Part shown: in pieces, positions 1-12,630 of the stretch
Layout of the letters: each line of letters opens with the position of its first letter
Numbering within the stretch: position 1 is the first letter of the stretch
NCBI GenBank assembly: GCA_028412835.1
Contig: JAONQW010000004.1
Location: 18,231 to 82,230 of the forward strand
Direction of reading: 5' to 3'
Origin: Candidatus Pelagibacterales bacterium
GTDB taxonomy: Bacteria; Pseudomonadota; Alphaproteobacteria; Pelagibacterales; AG-422-B15
DNA length: 64,000 bases
The notes under the pieces: generated by a model
Told to the model about the DNA's origin: nothing
Seen by the model: the letters and a program-made list of their open reading frames with translations, nothing else
Database searches by the model: none
Made by a program: the position numbers and the translations under genes

Positions 1-740
1 CCGCCATAAGTATCATTTTCTAAAGGCCATCCTGCTGTATGCATAACCATTCCCTCTTTATGGTTTTCTTCTGTGACTTCCCAGATTTCTTTAAGTCCAA
101 TTCCATATTGTTGCGGATCACTATTCTCAGCCAAATTGTATTTTTCTATCAAAGATTTACCAAGATGGCCTCTGCATCCCTCAGCAAAAACAGTAACTGC
201 TGCATGAAGTTCAATTCCAGGCTCATAAGAGTCTTTTTTTTCATTATTTACATCTACACCCATGTCATTGGTTGCTATACCTTTAATAGAGTCATCATCA
301 TTAAATAAAACTTCAGAAGCTGCAAAACCTGGATAAATTTCCACACCTAGATTTTCTGCAACCTGTCCTAGCCATCGGCATAAATTCGCAAGACTGATTA
401 TATAGTTCCCTTTGTTATGCTGCACAGGAGGTAAAAATAATGTAGGGAAACTAAAATAACTTTTCTTGGAAAGAAATAAAAACTTTTCTGAACTGACTTG
501 CGTCTTTACAGGGCAACCATCCATATTTTTCCAATCAGGAAGAAGTTCGTCTAAAGCTTTAGTTTCAAATACATTACCACTAAGTATATGGGCTCCAACT
601 TCAGAAGCTTTCTCTACTACGCAGACATTTATGTCAGTATTTAATTGCTTTAGTTTGATGGCTGTAGCTAGTCCAGCAGGACCTGCTCCTACGATCACTA
701 CGTCATATTCCATCGACTCGCGTTGATTTTCTGTATCCAT
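1..740 (-). CDS. Electron transfer flavoprotein-ubiquinone oxidoreductase, 5' part (runs off window start)
   Basis: Manual minus-strand translation from ATG at 740: MDTENQRESMEYDVVIVGAGPAGLATAIKLKQ...EKASEVGAHILSG...NLCRWLGQVAENLGVEIYPGFAA...AEGCRGHL...YGIGLKEIWE; typical ETF-QO motifs. Not in the ORF track because it has no stop in the window. Confidence 0.95.
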   Translation of the reverse strand, partial: MDTENQRESMEYDVVIVGAGPAGLATAIKLKQLNTDINVCVVEKASEVGAHILSGNVFETKALDELLPDWKNMDGCPVKTQVSSEKFLFLSKKSYFSFPTLFLPPVQHNKGNYIISLANLCRWLGQVAENLGVEIYPGFAASEVLFNDDDSIKGIATNDMGVDVNNEKKDSYEPGIELHAAVTVFAEGCRGHLGKSLIEKYNLAENSDPQQYGIGLKEIWEVTEENHKEGMVMHTAGWPLENDTYG

Positions 741-813
741 ATAAATTATCTAATAGTATTATTTAAATTACTGATACAATAATTCAATCATATGATTCAA
801 TTTCTTTAAAATA

Positions 814-1566
814 ATGGTTAAAAAACTGATAAAATCTAGCATTCAAACTTTAAGAGTTCTTAAAGAAAGTGGTGTGACTGATAATCTAACAAAATTTCCA
901 GTCAATAGATTTGAAATTAAAGAATCAAAAAGACGTGCTAATACCCCTAAGAGCCTCGATAATATTGAAGTAATGAATGTAAAGACTGAAAAACAATTAT
1001 CAAAAATCACTACTATCGAGGAGTTAAAAACTTATATACAAAATTTTAAAGGATGCCCTTTGCATAAAGAGGCCACAAATGCAGTTTTTTCAGATGGAAA
1101 TCAAAATTCAAAAATCATGCTAATTGGAGAAGCTCCAGGCCATGATGAGGATATAGAAGGTAAACCATTTGTAGGAAGAAGTGGAAAATTATTAGATAAA
1201 ATGTTGAATGCAATTAATCTTGATAGAGGTAAAGTTTATATTGCCAATATTATTCCTTGGCGACCACCAGCCAATCGCAAACCAACCGAAGAAGAAATTA
1301 ATATATGTCTGCCATTAATTTATAAGCATATTGAACTTATAAATCCAAAAGTTTTATTGCTTTTAGGTAGTACTTCTACTTACGCGTTACTTAAAGACAA
1401 AACACCGATAACTAAAATAAGAGGTAAATGGTTTAAATTAAATATAAATGGTAAATATATTCAGGCCATGCCTACATTTCACCCAGCTTTTTTGTTGAGA
1501 CAGCAAAAGCAAAAAAAATATGTTTGGGAAGATCTTCAAAATGTAAGGGATAGTATAAACAGTTAA
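814..1566 (+). CDS. Uracil-DNA glycosylase family 4
   Basis: IGEAPG, PFVGRSGKLL, PWRPPANRKP and PTFHPAFLLR motifs. Confidence 0.93.
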   Translation: MVKKLIKSSIQTLRVLKESGVTDNLTKFPVNRFEIKESKRRANTPKSLDNIEVMNVKTEKQLSKITTIEELKTYIQNFKGCPLHKEATNAVFSDGNQNSKIMLIGEAPGHDEDIEGKPFVGRSGKLLDKMLNAINLDRGKVYIANIIPWRPPANRKPTEEEINICLPLIYKHIELINPKVLLLLGSTSTYALLKDKTPITKIRGKWFKLNINGKYIQAMPTFHPAFLLRQQKQKKYVWEDLQNVRDSINS

Positions 1567-1567
1567 A

Positions 1568-2161
1568 TTGGAACCAAGTTACAAATTTGATCAAGTGTAT
1601 GAAACTCCTATTATAGGAGTTGATGAAGTAGGCAGAGGCCCTCTAGCAGGACCAGTTATATCAGCAGCTATTATCTTAAATAAAGAAAAGATTCCTGAAG
1701 GAGTTAATGACTCAAAAAAACTGTCGAAGAAAAAGAGAGAGGTTATTAATGAAGAATTAATTTCTCAGCATAGCTTTGCAATTGGTATAGCTTCAGTTGA
1801 GGAGATAGATAAAATAAATATTTTACAAGCTAGCTTACTAGCAATGAAGAGGGCGGTTTTAAATTTAAATATTAAGCCACAAACAATATTAGTTGATGGA
1901 AATAAATTGCCTGATTTGGAATATAATATGTATCCAATAATAAAAGGGGATAGTAAATCTATATCAATTGCAGCAGCATCAATTATTGCTAAGGTTTATC
2001 GAGATAAATTGATGCAAGATCTTTCTCTTCAATACCCTGGTTATTATTGGGAAAAAAATTCAGGATATGGAACAAAACAGCACCTTTTAGCATTGAATAA
2101 TTTAGGGGTAACCCCTATACATCGCAAAAGTTTTGCTCCTATATACAACATGTTGAATTAA
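1568..2161 (+). CDS. rnhB: Ribonuclease HII
   Basis: GVDEVGRGPLAGPV, DSKKL, IAAASIIAKVYRD, GYGT, HRKSF motifs; TTG start. Confidence 0.97.
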   Translation: MEPSYKFDQVYETPIIGVDEVGRGPLAGPVISAAIILNKEKIPEGVNDSKKLSKKKREVINEELISQHSFAIGIASVEEIDKINILQASLLAMKRAVLNLNIKPQTILVDGNKLPDLEYNMYPIIKGDSKSISIAAASIIAKVYRDKLMQDLSLQYPGYYWEKNSGYGTKQHLLALNNLGVTPIHRKSFAPIYNMLN

Positions 2162-2216
2162 GAAAATCTTCTAACTTATTGAGTCCATTAAATTATTGAC
2201 CAGAAAATTATTATGA

Positions 2217-4413
<2,197 letters not shown>

Positions 4414-4415
<2 letters not shown>

Positions 4416-4890
4416 GGTTTATAAAAAAAGACATTACGGATTAAATGCATTATCCAAGTTTCTTCCTGAAGAAGCAAAAAAAAATTTGAAAAAAAGAGGT
4501 TTTTTTGAACTTGAGCTCTTAAAGTCTTGGAGAGAGATTATTGGAGAAAATTACTATAAACTTACAAAACCCAATAAAATAAAAAAATCTCAAGTAAGTT
4601 TAAGGGATACATCTACGTTACAATTAAAAGTAGACCCTACAATTGCTTTTGCAATTGAACATGATCAAACCAAAATAATATCTAAAATTAACGGATTTTT
4701 TGGATATAAAGCAATTAATAAATTAGAAATTATACAAGAGCGAATAGACATTGATGCTCTTAGATCAAATAATAACAATAAGTTAAATGAAGAAGTTAAT
4801 ATTGAATCTAATAGATTTGATAAACTTTCTGACTATCCAGGTTTACAAACAAGTTTTCAAAAAATATTAAATAAAGTTAAGAAGAGCTAA
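4414..4890 (+). CDS. DUF721/DciA-family protein
   Basis: WREIIGE and INGFFGYKAINKLEIIQ motifs; mutY-DUF721-dsbA-smc synteny. ATG at 4414 preferred over the ORF-track TTG at 4279, which lies deep inside mutY. Confidence 0.8.
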
Positions 4891-5027
4891 ATTTCTGACA
4901 CAATTTTATGATTAATAATTATCCAAGAGGATTGAGATTCTCCTGTATAATTATGTAAGAATTGAGTATATTCAACATATTGTACGTTAAATATCATTTA
5001 TAGCACTAAATATTGATAATAGACCAA

Positions 5028-5660
5028 ATGAGCCACATTATAAAAATAGTAATTTTTTTCTGTCTTTTAGCTTCATCAAATGTATTGGCTAAAAATAGTT
5101 GGAACTTTGGTAATGACAATAGTCTCATTGAACCAATAATTATTGGTAACCCAGATGCTGAAGTAAACATAATAGAATATAGGTCATTAACGTGTAGTCA
5201 TTGTGCAGAGTTTGCAAGTAATGGTTTTGAACATTTAAAAGAAAAATATATTGATACTGGTTTAATTAGTTTTGAACTAAGACCATTCCCATTAAATGCA
5301 TTAGATTTAAATGCCTTTAAATTACTTTATTGTGCATCTAAAGAAAATTTTTATAAATTAGATAAAGTATTATTAAAAAATCAATCAAAATGGATTAATA
5401 CAAGTGACCAAGAAAAAGTTTTAGAAAATAGTACCGCTGCACTCACAAAACAAGCCGCCCTATTTGGCGTATCAAGTGATGACTATCAAGAATGTTTAGA
5501 TAATGAAGAAATAACTAACTTCATATTAAAATCTAGAATAGATGCAGTCAAAGAGTATGAAGTTAATTCAACACCCTCTTTTATAATTAATGGGGACTTG
5601 TATGCGGGCAGTCTTTCAGCCCAGAAAATAGATGAAATACTAGAAGGATATATCAACTAG
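5028..5660 (+). CDS. DsbA-family thioredoxin-fold periplasmic protein
   Basis: Signal peptide, EYRSLTCSHCA (CxxC) and VNSTPSFIING; ATG at 5028 is the likely start. Confidence 0.9.
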   Translation: MSHIIKIVIFFCLLASSNVLAKNSWNFGNDNSLIEPIIIGNPDAEVNIIEYRSLTCSHCAEFASNGFEHLKEKYIDTGLISFELRPFPLNALDLNAFKLLYCASKENFYKLDKVLLKNQSKWINTSDQEKVLENSTAALTKQAALFGVSSDDYQECLDNEEITNFILKSRIDAVKEYEVNSTPSFIINGDLYAGSLSAQKIDEILEGYIN

Positions 5661-5662
5661 TT

Positions 5663-8257
5663 ATGAAATTTAAAAAAATAAAAGTTACTGGCTTTAAGTC
5701 TTTTGTTGATCCAACAGAAATTATTATTGAAGAAGGTCTTACAGGAATTGTTGGTCCCAATGGTTGTGGTAAATCAAATGTAGTTGAGTCTTTAAGATGG
5801 TGTATGGGTGAAACTTCTCCTAAAAGCATGAGAGGTTCAGGGATGGAGGATGTAATTTTTTCTGGTACATCTGATAGACCGGCAAGAAATAATGCTGAAG
5901 TGACAATATCTCTAGATAATAAATCTAGAACTGCGCCTTCTGAATTTAATGAAGAAGAAGAAATTCAAATTAAAAGAAAGATTGAAAAAGATCGAGGATC
6001 AGAATATCGAATTAATGGCAAAGAAGTTAGAGCCCGAGATGTTCAAAGACTATTTGCTGATTTATCAACTGGTGCACACTCCCCTTCACTTATTAGTCAA
6101 GGTAGAGTTGGTGCACTAATAAATGCAAAACCAATTGATCGAAGAGCTGTATTAGAAGAAGCTGCAGGCATTTCTGGTCTTCATTCGAGAAGACATGAGG
6201 CTGAGTTAAAACTTAAGGCTGCAGAGACAAATTTACAAAGATTAAAAGATATTATGCGACAACTTACATCACAAATATCCAATTTAAAAAAACAAGCTCA
6301 GCAAGCAGAAACATATAAAACGATATCTTCTGAAATTAATCGTCTTGAAGGCGTAGTGATGTATCTTAAGTGGTACAATCTAAAAGAATCTTTTGAAAAA
6401 TCTAATGAAAACTTACAATCAAGTGAGTCTCAGATTCAAAAATATACATTAGAAGTAACGCAAGCTACAACTAACCAGGCTAAAGCAAATGAAAAGATTA
6501 AACCTTTACGAGAAAAGGAAATTGAGGCTGCAGCAAAGCTCAATAGAATCAATCTTGAAAGGGAATCCTTGGATCATGAGGAAGAAAGAATAAAAGAGGC
6601 AAAAAATAATTTAGAGAGAACAATTCAACAAATTATAGGTGATTTTGAAAGAGAACAATTCCAATTAAAGGATGCTAAAAAAGACCTTGAAATATTAAAT
6701 GCTAAGAAAAATTATACAGATAATGATCAAGGTATTCATGAGATAGATAATGAAAAAATTGACTCATTAAAGGAAGAGAAGGATCAATTAGAAGCTCAAA
6801 TTACTGACTTAGAAAAAAATATAGAGCAGTATAATACTATCAAGAATTCAAAAAGAGACGACTGGCAAAGAACAATAGTTTCAAATGAAAATATAATGTC
6901 TAAACATTCAACTCTTAAAGAGGTTGAGGGTTATGATGATACTTCAAATTGGACAAAAATATTTACTGAAAAATTTTATGCAAGCCTGACTGAAATATCT
7001 CAAAAAGTTTCTGAGGCAGAAGAAATATCTAATAAAGCAAAAATAGCTTACGAAAAAGCTAGCAACGATGCCAAAGATGCAGCAACCTTATCGTTGGAAC
7101 TAAGAGAGAAATTAAGACAAAAAGATATTGAACAAAAATATAGTGATTGGACATACGAATTTCAAAGACTTACGAAGTCAATTAAATCGTTTAATGAACA
7201 TATTGAAGAACTTACTTTAAGAAAAAAGAAATCAGAAGAAGAATTAAAAAAAATCTCTAATCGCCCAGAAGAAATTGCTCAGAGAAGAGGACAGTTAATT
7301 GAAACCAAAGGGTTTGCTGAGACTGAAAGACAGTTTGCTGCTGATAGACTTGCAGAAGCAGACAATGAATTGAAAAAGATAGAAGGTAGCTTAAGAAGTG
7401 CTCAAAACGATCTTGCTAATATTAGAGAGTCAAAAGGAAGAACTGAAGCCACAAAAGAACTTGCTGAATCACGATTGAAAGAGCTTGATGAAGAATCTCA
7501 AGAAAAGTTTTATTGTAAACCACAAGATATAATTCAAAAACTTGAAATTACTGATGATTTAGAAGCAATGAGACTTAATATGGATAGAAATGAAGCAAAG
7601 TTGGAAAGGCTAAGGCAACAGCGAGAGACGATGGGTGCTGTTAATTTAAGAGCAGATTTAGAAACTAAAGAAATAGACGATGAGCTTGAAAATATGAGCA
7701 CTGAAAAAAACGAGTTGGATGCTGCTATTAAGAAAATGAGAGAGTCAATTGAAGAACTTAATAAAGAAGGGCGTACTCGATTACTTAAAGCTTTTGATAC
7801 AGTGAACAATCACTTTCAAGATGTTTTTGTTAAACTATTTAATGGAGGTAAGGCTCATCTAGAGCTAGTTGATGCAGATGATCCTCTTGATGCTGGTCTT
7901 GAAATGATGGTGAGTCCTCCAGGAAAAAAACTGCAATCTATGTCTTTACTTTCAGGTGGCGAGCAAGCATTAACTGCTATGTCTTTAATCTTTGCAATTT
8001 TTTTAACAAACCCGTCACCAATTTGTGTATTAGATGAAGTAGATGCTCCATTGGATGATGCTAACGTAGAGAGGTTTTGCAATTTGTTAGATGATATTAG
8101 CGCCAAAACTCAAACTAAATTCATGATTATTACTCACCATGCTCTTACTATGTCCAGAATGGATAGACTATTTGGAGTCACTATGGCAGAGAGAGGCGTC
8201 AGTCAAATAGTATCCGTAGACTTAAAACGTGCTGAGGAAATTGGCGCAGTTGCTTAA
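5663..8257 (+). CDS. smc: Chromosome segregation ATPase SMC, short 864-aa form
   Basis: GFKSF, Walker A GPNGCGKSN, signature LSGGEQ, Walker B LDEVDAPLD and long coiled coils; no recognisable Gly-rich hinge. Confidence 0.95.
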   Translation: MKFKKIKVTGFKSFVDPTEIIIEEGLTGIVGPNGCGKSNVVESLRWCMGETSPKSMRGSGMEDVIFSGTSDRPARNNAEVTISLDNKSRTAPSEFNEEEEIQIKRKIEKDRGSEYRINGKEVRARDVQRLFADLSTGAHSPSLISQGRVGALINAKPIDRRAVLEEAAGISGLHSRRHEAELKLKAAETNLQRLKDIMRQLTSQISNLKKQAQQAETYKTISSEINRLEGVVMYLKWYNLKESFEKSNENLQSSESQIQKYTLEVTQATTNQAKANEKIKPLREKEIEAAAKLNRINLERESLDHEEERIKEAKNNLERTIQQIIGDFEREQFQLKDAKKDLEILNAKKNYTDNDQGIHEIDNEKIDSLKEEKDQLEAQITDLEKNIEQYNTIKNSKRDDWQRTIVSNENIMSKHSTLKEVEGYDDTSNWTKIFTEKFYASLTEISQKVSEAEEISNKAKIAYEKASNDAKDAATLSLELREKLRQKDIEQKYSDWTYEFQRLTKSIKSFNEHIEELTLRKKKSEEELKKISNRPEEIAQRRGQLIETKGFAETERQFAADRLAEADNELKKIEGSLRSAQNDLANIRESKGRTEATKELAESRLKELDEESQEKFYCKPQDIIQKLEITDDLEAMRLNMDRNEAKLERLRQQRETMGAVNLRADLETKEIDDELENMSTEKNELDAAIKKMRESIEELNKEGRTRLLKAFDTVNNHFQDVFVKLFNGGKAHLELVDADDPLDAGLEMMVSPPGKKLQSMSLLSGGEQALTAMSLIFAIFLTNPSPICVLDEVDAPLDDANVERFCNLLDDISAKTQTKFMIITHHALTMSRMDRLFGVTMAERGVSQIVSVDLKRAEEIGAVA

Positions 8258-8544
8258 TGCCAGAAGAAAAAATCAAGATTAAAAATTTAGAGGAAAGAAT
8301 CGATGCCGCTAAAGATCAAATAGCTGAGAAGATTTCACCAAATATTAAGCCCTCACCACTTGGCCAAGTAATGAAATTAGTGGTAGAAATTGTCGCGGCT
8401 ATGGCAATTGGTATTGGTATTGGCTTGATTCTTGATAACTATTTTAGCACTAGACCTTTATTTACAATTATCTTCTTTTTGCTTGGAAGCTTAGCTGGAA
8501 TATTAAATGTTTTTAGGGTTGCAAAATCTATGCAAAATAACTAA
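8257..8544 (+). CDS. atpI: AtpZ/AtpI family protein
   Basis: Two TM helices, LDNYFSTRP, first gene of the F0 cluster. Confidence 0.85.
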   Translation: MPEEKIKIKNLEERIDAAKDQIAEKISPNIKPSPLGQVMKLVVEIVAAMAIGIGIGLILDNYFSTRPLFTIIFFLLGSLAGILNVFRVAKSMQNN

Positions 8545-8555
8545 AAAATACAAAC

Positions 8556-9305
8556 ATGTCTGCTGAAAAAACACCAAATTTAATTGATCCTATTCACCAA
8601 TTTGTAATAACAACAATTGCACCTATAAAAGTTGGGAACCTAGATATCTCCTTTACAAATTCATCACAATTTATGGTCATAGCAACAATAGCTATCATGT
8701 TTTTCTTTATGTTAGGCCTTTCAAAAAGATCAATAATACCAAATAGATTTCAGATTATGTGTGAGCTTTCATATGAGTTTATTGCTGATTTATTGAGGAC
8801 TAATGTTGGAGACCAAGGAAGAGCTTTTTTTCCTTTTGTATTTTCTCTATTCATGTTTATTTTTTTCTGTAATCTAATTGGATTAATTCCTTACACATTC
8901 ACGGTCACGAGTCATTTTGCGGTAACATTTGCATTTGCCGGATTAATATTTATAGGTGTTACTGTTCTTGGTTTTGCAAAGAATGGTTTTGGTTATCTAA
9001 AAATGTTTTACCCGAGTGGAGTTCCGATATATATGGCTCCAATAATTATACCAATTGAAATAATATCCTATTTATCTAGACCTGTAGCACTTTCAGTGCG
9101 GCTTATGGCTAATATGCTTGCTGGACATAGCATTATTAAAATTTTTGCTGGCTTCATTGTGATGATGGGATTCTTTGGTGTTATACCTTTAGCTGGTCTT
9201 GTTGCAATCTATGCGCTTGAAACATTCATAGCTTTTTTGCAAGCTTATATATTTACAATATTAACATGCATTTATTTAAATGATGCCCTACATCCGCATC
9301 ATTAA
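8556..9305 (+). CDS. atpB: F0F1 ATP synthase subunit a
   Basis: SRPVALSVRLMANMLAGH and LQAYIFTILT motifs. Confidence 0.98.
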   Translation: MSAEKTPNLIDPIHQFVITTIAPIKVGNLDISFTNSSQFMVIATIAIMFFFMLGLSKRSIIPNRFQIMCELSYEFIADLLRTNVGDQGRAFFPFVFSLFMFIFFCNLIGLIPYTFTVTSHFAVTFAFAGLIFIGVTVLGFAKNGFGYLKMFYPSGVPIYMAPIIIPIEIISYLSRPVALSVRLMANMLAGHSIIKIFAGFIVMMGFFGVIPLAGLVAIYALETFIAFLQAYIFTILTCIYLNDALHPHH

Positions 9306-9328
9306 AGATATTAATTAATTAATTATAA

Positions 9329-9571
<243 letters not shown>

Positions 9572-9595
9572 AACTAAGCAAATAGATAAATAATT

Positions 9596-10147
9596 ATGAA
9601 TTACATTAAAGTTTTAATTAGCACCATCTTGACCTTATGGTCTGCAAATTCATTTGCAGCTAGTCAAGGTGGAGGATTACCTCAAATGGATATTGGTAGC
9701 TATCCATCTCAGATATTCTGGCTAATTATAACTTTTGGGGCTCTTTATGTATTCATGTGGAAAATTGCTATACCACAACTAAGAACAACAGTAGAAGAGC
9801 GAAAAGATAAAGTTTCAATGGATCTAAATGATGCTGAGCAGCTTAAAACTGAAGCTAAATCTATTCTAGAAGAGTATGAAGCTAAAATTACAAATAGTAA
9901 TTTAGAAGCAGCATCAATCTACACTGATAGTAAAACAGATATAGATAAAAAAATTGAGTTATCTAAAAAAGAAACTGATGAAAAAATAAGAAGCTTAATT
10001 GATGAATCTCAATCAGCTCTAGTTAAAAAAGAAAACGATGCGGTAGAAGAAATAGAAGCTAAAACTATTGAGACAATTCAATCAATTGTTGAAAAATTTA
10101 CTGATGAAAAGGTTGTCGAAGAAGACGCTAGAAAGTATTTAAATTAG
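9596..10147 (+). CDS. F0F1 ATP synthase subunit b'
   Basis: GLPQMD...YPSQIFWL motif followed by a charged coiled coil. Confidence 0.92.
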   Translation: MNYIKVLISTILTLWSANSFAASQGGGLPQMDIGSYPSQIFWLIITFGALYVFMWKIAIPQLRTTVEERKDKVSMDLNDAEQLKTEAKSILEEYEAKITNSNLEAASIYTDSKTDIDKKIELSKKETDEKIRSLIDESQSALVKKENDAVEEIEAKTIETIQSIVEKFTDEKVVEEDARKYLN

Positions 10148-10151
10148 GGAT

Positions 10152-10643
10152 ATGGAATTTTTTTCACAACCAGCATCATGGACATTAGTTGCATTTACAA
10201 TATTTGTTGCAATAGCTATATATTTAAAAGCCCCATCAATGATTGGAAAATTACTAGATGAGCAAATTGAAAGAGTTAAAAAAGAACTCAGTGATGCCAT
10301 AGAGCTTAAAGAAGAAGCTAACGCGTTGCTTGCAGAATATGAGAGAAAAAAAGAAGATGCAGAGAAAGAGGCTGAAATTATTATAGCAAATGCAAAAGAA
10401 AGAGCTAAAAATTATGAACAATCAGCTCTTGCTAAAAGCGAAGAAATAATTAAGCGTCAAGAAGTTCAATCAGTTGAAAAAATTAATCAGGCTGAAATAC
10501 AAGCAATGTCTAGAATACGTAAAAGTATTATTGAGAAATCCATTGATTCAGCTGAAAAACTTGTATCTGAAAAGATTTCTTCTAAAAAATCTGATCAAAT
10601 CTTTACTGACAGCCTTAAAGACCTAGATAAATTAAAAATCTAA
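10152..10643 (+). CDS. atpF: F0F1 ATP synthase subunit b
   Basis: N-terminal TM helix, charged helical stalk, operon position. Confidence 0.92.
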   Translation: MEFFSQPASWTLVAFTIFVAIAIYLKAPSMIGKLLDEQIERVKKELSDAIELKEEANALLAEYERKKEDAEKEAEIIIANAKERAKNYEQSALAKSEEIIKRQEVQSVEKINQAEIQAMSRIRKSIIEKSIDSAEKLVSEKISSKKSDQIFTDSLKDLDKLKI

Positions 10644-10703
10644 TAAATTTAGATTTAATAAAACTTCATTCCAACTCAATTAAACATAAGCTATAAGTGT
10701 ATA

Positions 10704-11663
10704 ATGGCAGTTTATACAGATATATCGGATAACGAACTAAGTACCTTTTTAGATAAATATAATATTGAAGAAATTATTAAATTTACAGGTATTAAAGAAG
10801 GTGTTGAAAACTCTAATTATCTTTTAGAGGGTGTTAAGGAAAAATATATTCTTACTATTTTTGAAAAAAGGACAAACGAAAATGATTTGCCATATTTTTT
10901 TAAGCTAATGAATCATTTAAATAACAGCAAGATTAAATGTCCACAAGTTTTAGAGGATAAAGCAAATAACTTATATAATTTAATTAAAAATAAACCGGCT
11001 GTAATAACCTCATTTCTTGAGGGAAAATCTATTAGAAATATAGCGCCCAAACATTGTAGTGAATTAGGATATAACTTAGCTAAATTTCACTTATCATCAA
11101 ATGAATTAAATATCACTAGAGAAAATGCTCTTGGTATAAAAGACCTAAAAAATTTAGTTAGCTCCATTAAAGATCTAAATGGAAATAAATATGAAGATCT
11201 ACTGAAGGTAATAAATCATGAGTATGATTATTTAAATAAAAGTATGACTTTAGACCTACCATCGGGAATTATTCATGCAGATCTTTTTCCAGATAATGTT
11301 TTTTTTATTGATGACAAACTATCAGGGATTATTGATTTTTATTTTGCATGTAATGATTATTATGCTTATGAATTAGCTATATGCATTAACGCTTGGTGCT
11401 TTGAAAGAGATAATCAGTTTAATATTTCAAAAGCTAAATCATTTTTAAGACAGTACAATTCAGTTAGAGAAATCAGTACAAGCGAACTTATTTCTCTTCC
11501 TATATTATGTAGGGCTGCAGCTCTAAGATTTTTATTAACAAGATTATATGATGAAATTCATCGTAATGAAAATGATCTAGTAACTACAAAGGATCCATTG
11601 GAGTACTATGATAAACTTCGATTTCATCAATCTGTTAAGAATGTAAGTGAATATGGACTCTAG
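10704..11663 (+). CDS. thrB: Homoserine kinase type II
   Basis: MAVYT start, GVENSNY, HADLFPDN, IDFYFAC, RFLLTRL. Confidence 0.96.
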   Translation: MAVYTDISDNELSTFLDKYNIEEIIKFTGIKEGVENSNYLLEGVKEKYILTIFEKRTNENDLPYFFKLMNHLNNSKIKCPQVLEDKANNLYNLIKNKPAVITSFLEGKSIRNIAPKHCSELGYNLAKFHLSSNELNITRENALGIKDLKNLVSSIKDLNGNKYEDLLKVINHEYDYLNKSMTLDLPSGIIHADLFPDNVFFIDDKLSGIIDFYFACNDYYAYELAICINAWCFERDNQFNISKAKSFLRQYNSVREISTSELISLPILCRAAALRFLLTRLYDEIHRNENDLVTTKDPLEYYDKLRFHQSVKNVSEYGL

Positions 11664-12084
11664 TAATCTGATCAATATATATACTGATGGAGCTTGTTCT
11701 GGTAATCCAGGTCCTGGAGGATGGGGTATTTATATTGATAATGATGGAGCAATAAAAGAAATTTCAGGTAGCGAAGAAAATACAACCAATAATAGAATGG
11801 AGCTTAAAGCTGTAATAGAAGCATTAAAATATTTTACATCTAAGACTAACCTAAAACTTCATACTGATTCAAAGTATGTCATGGATGGATCAAGTAAATG
11901 GATTGAAAATTGGAAAAAAAATGGGTGGAAAACAGCACAAAAAAAAGCAGTTAAAAATCAAGATTTATGGATCGAGTTAGATAAACTTATAAACTTCCAC
12001 CAAATACATTGGGTTTGGGTTAAAGGGCATGATGGAAATTTTGGCAATGAAAGAGCTGACTATCTAGCTACATCAGCAATTTAA
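11653..12084 (+). CDS. rnhA: Ribonuclease HI
   Basis: YTDGACSGNPGPGGWG, TTNNRMEL, WVKGH, NERAD; ATG 11653 or GTG 11647. Confidence 0.97.
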   Translation: MDSSNLINIYTDGACSGNPGPGGWGIYIDNDGAIKEISGSEENTTNNRMELKAVIEALKYFTSKTNLKLHTDSKYVMDGSSKWIENWKKNGWKTAQKKAVKNQDLWIELDKLINFHQIHWVWVKGHDGNFGNERADYLATSAI

Positions 12085-12576
12085 CTATCCAATAATTTCA
12101 AGCATTTTTTCAGCACCACTATCTTCTGCCTGTCCAGGCTTGCTTTCAACGTTAATGCTTTTGACAACCGAGTCTTCAATTAGCATTGAATATCTCTTAG
12201 ACCTCACACCTAAGCCAAAAACTTCCAAGTCAGCATCCATTCCAACTGCTTTAGTAAACTTAGCACTTCCATCAGCAGCAAGAATTACCTTATCACCTGA
12301 TTTCTGGTCTGCAGCCCATGCATTCATGACAAAGTTATCATTAACTGATACACAAATTATTTCATCAATTCCTCTTTCTTTTAGCTTATCATGATTTTCA
12401 ATATAACCTGGGAGATGTGTTTGAGAGCAGGTTGGACTGAATGCTGCAGGAACAGCAAATACAACTATTTTCTTACCTTTTGAAAATTCTTCTAAGTTTA
12501 GTGGCACCACTCCTTTTTCTTTAGATGGAATTGTTAATGGCTCATTAGTTATCTTATCACCAACTTTTATTGTCAT
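12085..12576 (-). CDS. Peroxiredoxin (Prx5-like redoxin)
   Basis: PAAFSPTCSQTHLPG, SVND, RSKRY motifs. Confidence 0.94.
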   Translation of the reverse strand: MTIKVGDKITNEPLTIPSKEKGVVPLNLEEFSKGKKIVVFAVPAAFSPTCSQTHLPGYIENHDKLKERGIDEIICVSVNDNFVMNAWAADQKSGDKVILAADGSAKFTKAVGMDADLEVFGLGVRSKRYSMLIEDSVVKSINVESKPGQAEDSGAEKMLEIIG

Positions 12577-12630
12577 ATTTTCTTTCTTTCTAGGAAATTA
12601 ATTATAATTTAACTTATATTAAATATTATT

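Noticed and set aside
39..726. ORF-track plus-strand ORFs 39-308 and 466-726
   Set aside because: Antisense shadows of the minus-strand ETF-QO gene.
4891..5027. Relatively long intergenic region before dsbA-smc as a possible ncRNA or small ORF
   Set aside because: Only a 16-codon ORF and no convincing stable structure; most simply a promoter region.
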